DNA of 8,509 nt from a virus (Duplodnaviria; Heunggongvirae; Uroviricota; Caudoviricetes): the IMG/VR virus record IMGVR_UViG_648276647_000011. One strand, written 5' to 3'. Made by a program: the position numbers and the translations under genes. The notes beneath the pieces were generated by a model. It was not told the DNA's origin, ran no database searches, and saw only the letters and a list, made by a program, of their open reading frames with translations. Shown here piece by piece: positions 6,919-8,509 of the stretch. Numbering within the stretch: position 1 is the first letter of the stretch; each line of letters opens with the position of its first letter.

Positions 6919-7110
6919 TTGGCCAGAACCAACGGTAACAGCAATGCAATGGTGGCCATATTGCAGTGGTGCCGCCATCAATTTTTTGCTCCCCCTGATT
7001 ATCAGAAAGAGTCAAACAGTGGTGAGATACATTTCAATCACAGAGAGTTAATGAAAGTGAGACAGAGTGAGTGAGTTTAATTAACATTTTAAAGGGTCGC
7101 GCTAAAGTTT

Positions 7111-7430
7111 GGGGGGGGATGCGCAAAGCGGTTACAACGGTTACAAATTTAAAATTGCTTATTTTTGTATTATATATCAATATATTATAACTGGTCCGAT
7201 GAGTTACAATAGCGGTTACAACGCGGTTACATGTAACCGTTTTGTTAGGTTACAGGCGGTTACAGGTTAAGTTTTTAATTGATTGATAATAAAGTGCTTT
7301 TTGAAACCTGTAACCGTTGTAACCGCAGTGTAACCGCAAAGCGGTTACAAACAATATCCATTAAAATCATGTTTTTAAGTGGTGTTTTTGACTGTTGTAA
7401 CCGTTGTAACCGCTTTGCGCACCCCCCACC
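7111..7430. repeat. iteron array (heptamer GGTTACA/TGTAACC, 13 exact copies plus 1 variant) bounded by 36-bp inverted repeats; putative replication origin
   Basis: Inverted repeats 7111-7146 and 7395-7430 are 34/36 identical as reverse complements. GGTTACA at 7130, 7139, 7214, 7225, 7248, 7258, 7343 and AGTTACA at 7202. TGTAACC at 7232, 7309, 7318, 7329, 7396, 7405. Perfect palindrome GGTTACATGTAACC at 7225-7238. Hairpin TGTAACCGC-AAA-GCGGTTACA at 7329-7349. AT-rich blocks at 7147-7200, 7265-7308 and 7350-7390. Confidence 0.6.
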
Positions 7431-7653
7431 GGATTATGAGGCAGAGCCCCAAAACAACTGGTCTAACCTATAACAAAAATGCAACATCAATCATTGATTT
7501 TTTGGGGCTGTCAGTCACGGGGAGTTGCCCTGTTGTTTGGCAGAAAAATGAAGTATGTACATGCGCGGCGGGGATGGTAAAAAACGTAATACACGCGGCG
7601 CAGTTGCCATAAAAAATTTCTCAAAAGCACTCTTTTTGACGCTATTGTTCATC

Positions 7654-7680
7654 TGCACAAAAGTGCACAAATTTGCACAA
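7654..7680. promoter_or_regulatory. three direct TGCACAA repeats at exact 10-bp phasing; candidate operator or activator-binding array
   Basis: TGCACAA at 7654-7660, 7664-7670 and 7674-7680, so one helical turn apart. A fourth copy lies at 7746-7752. A 10-bp perfect palindrome CCAGTACTGG sits nearby at 7711-7720. Confidence 0.4.
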
Positions 7681-7973
7681 TTTTTTAGAGTAACTTTTTG
7701 CCCATCCGGCCCAGTACTGGCGCGCCCGGAGGGCGATTTCGTGCGTGCACAAAAAACGGTGAGTTTTTCGCGCGCAGGTGACGGGGGAACAGCACGCGTT
7801 TCAGGGGGGTAAATTACATTTTCGCTAAAGACTGCGGGAATGCCCGACCGGGTTAGTTTTATCGCCAGCCAGAGCCGTTCTTACGGCAAGAGAGAACTGA
7901 TACGGGGAATGTGACGAGTGAGCATGGGAACGGTGCGCCTGTGCGTAATACGCGGCGACTGCTGCGGGTTTAT

Positions 7974-8036
7974 TTGATACGGCCAGAGGGGGCGGCAGAA
8001 GATATAATAGGTTAAATTTCACACCAGTAAGAGGAG
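7974..8036 (+). promoter_or_regulatory. putative promoter and RBS of the ogr-like gene
   Basis: Perfect -10 TATAAT at 8003-8008. The only -35-like hexamer, TTGATA (7974-7979), is 23 bp upstream, which is non-canonical. SD GAGGAG at 8031-8036, 6 nt before ATG 8043. Confidence 0.3.
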
Positions 8037-8042
8037 CGTGAT

Positions 8043-8225
8043 ATGTCTTTCCCTTGCCCGGCCTGTGGCGCTTCAGCCCGCACCCGTGGTCGTTCGTTGG
8101 AAGAACACGAACAAAACATCTACAGAACGTATTACCAGTGCAATAATATTGAGTGTGGGGCTTGTTTTTGTACGCTTGAGTCGTTTGTACGCATTACTAA
8201 GCGCAGGAAGTCGAAAACTTCATAG
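8043..8225 (+). CDS. ogr: Ogr/Delta-family zinc-finger transcription activator (P2 Ogr / P4 Delta-like), 60 aa, single domain
   Basis: ATG 8043 with strong SD. Cys4 pattern C5-X2-C8-X24-C33-X4-C38. ARTRGRS...YRTYYQCNNIEC...FCTLES resembles P2 Ogr (ARTSRYI...ERYHQCQNVNC...F.TYES) from memory. Confidence 0.8.
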   Translation: MSFPCPACGASARTRGRSLEEHEQNIYRTYYQCNNIECGACFCTLESFVRITKRRKSKTS

Positions 8226-8275
8226 TGATTTGTATAACACAGCCAGCGAGTGCGACCGGCTGCGTTATTGCTGTA

Positions 8276-8509
8276 TTACGTCGTGTGGTTCTGGTCATTT
8301 GCCCAGGCCCACACATCCCCCGCTACATTGCGCCCGTTGCGGTCTTCTTCCTGCGTTTCCCCGGCCTTAATTCCCTGACTGATAAACATTCTGACGCACT
8401 GGGAGTAGTTCATCTCTCTGTCCTCACATATCTGATTTATTTTATGGTCGATTTCGAGCGGAATACGAATACAGCGTAATACGCATCGCATTTTCTTTTG
8501 TTTTTTCAT
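8276..8509 (-). CDS. hypothetical small protein, 77 aa, possible ribbon-helix-helix (CopG/Arc-like) DNA-binding fold; start at or beyond the window edge
   Basis: Minus-strand ORF whose ATG is the last 3 bases of the window. RCIRIPLEIDHKINQICEDREMNYSQCVRMFISQGI fits a beta-strand/helix/helix pattern. Convergent with ogr. Preferred over the overlapping + strand ORF 8225-8479, which has odd composition and no RBS. Confidence 0.4.
   Translation of the reverse strand: MKKQKKMRCVLRCIRIPLEIDHKINQICEDREMNYSQCVRMFISQGIKAGETQEEDRNGRNVAGDVWAWANDQNHTT

Noticed and set aside
6185-7015. ORFs 6185-6385 (+), 6370-6621 (-) and 6722-7015 (-) overlapping int
   Set aside because: Alternative-frame or antisense ORFs inside a well-supported integrase. 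6722-7015 also runs through the int terminator.
6863-7110. P2 attP core downstream of int
   Set aside because: I could not find the P2 core sequence as I remember it. The only similar string (AAAAAATAAAACCCG at about 6623-6637) lies inside the int coding region at the frameshift site and is probably coincidental.
7111-7430. CRISPR array or MITE interpretation of the GGTTACA repeat region
   Set aside because: The repeats are only 7 bp, irregularly spaced, in both orientations, with no spacers of uniform length, so this is not CRISPR. A MITE with 36-bp inverted ends remains formally possible, but the internal iteron and AT-block organisation and the adjacent primase favour an origin.
7279-8022. 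ORFs 7279-7473, 7379-7612, 7555-7812 (+) and 7825-8022 (-)
   Set aside because: They traverse the iteron array and structured non-coding region, have no RBS, and their translations are repeat-driven or compositionally implausible.
8038-8479. + strand ORFs 8038-8370 and 8225-8479
   Set aside because: 8038-8370 is an alternate frame of ogr. 8225-8479 overlaps the more protein-like minus-strand gene and lacks an RBS.
1-8509. tRNA, tmRNA or rRNA gene (expected as an integration target next to int)
   Set aside because: No T-loop-like GGTTCGAATCC motif or cloverleaf-compatible segment was seen on either strand by eye. A tRNAscan-type search would be decisive.

Overview
This window reads as the replication and integration core of a mosaic phage-satellite-like mobile element of an enterobacterial type, almost entirely on the + strand. 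All protein-family calls are from motif recognition and recalled sequences, not searches. In order: an AT-rich 350-aa gene of unknown function (1-1053); an AlpA-family regulator (1149-1469); a ~550-bp untranslated gap with a minus-oriented terminator and possible antisense sRNA; four tightly overlapped small genes, the first Icd-like (2017-2771); a second AT-rich orphan gene (2839-3138); a P4-alpha-type primase-helicase (3187-5856); a P2-type tyrosine integrase (5859-6862) split by a single-base frameshift at an A7 run that is also a canonical -1 slippery heptamer; a 320-bp iteron array bounded by 36-bp inverted repeats (7111-7430), probably the origin; a ~600-bp structured non-coding region; an Ogr/Delta zinc-finger gene (8043-8225); and a convergent small gene, possibly ribbon-helix-helix (8276-8509). 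No tRNA, rRNA, CRISPR array or transposase was seen. The best candidates for something undescribed are the two AT-rich orphan genes, the integrase frameshift, the antisense-RNA architecture at the replication genes, and the iteron origin.
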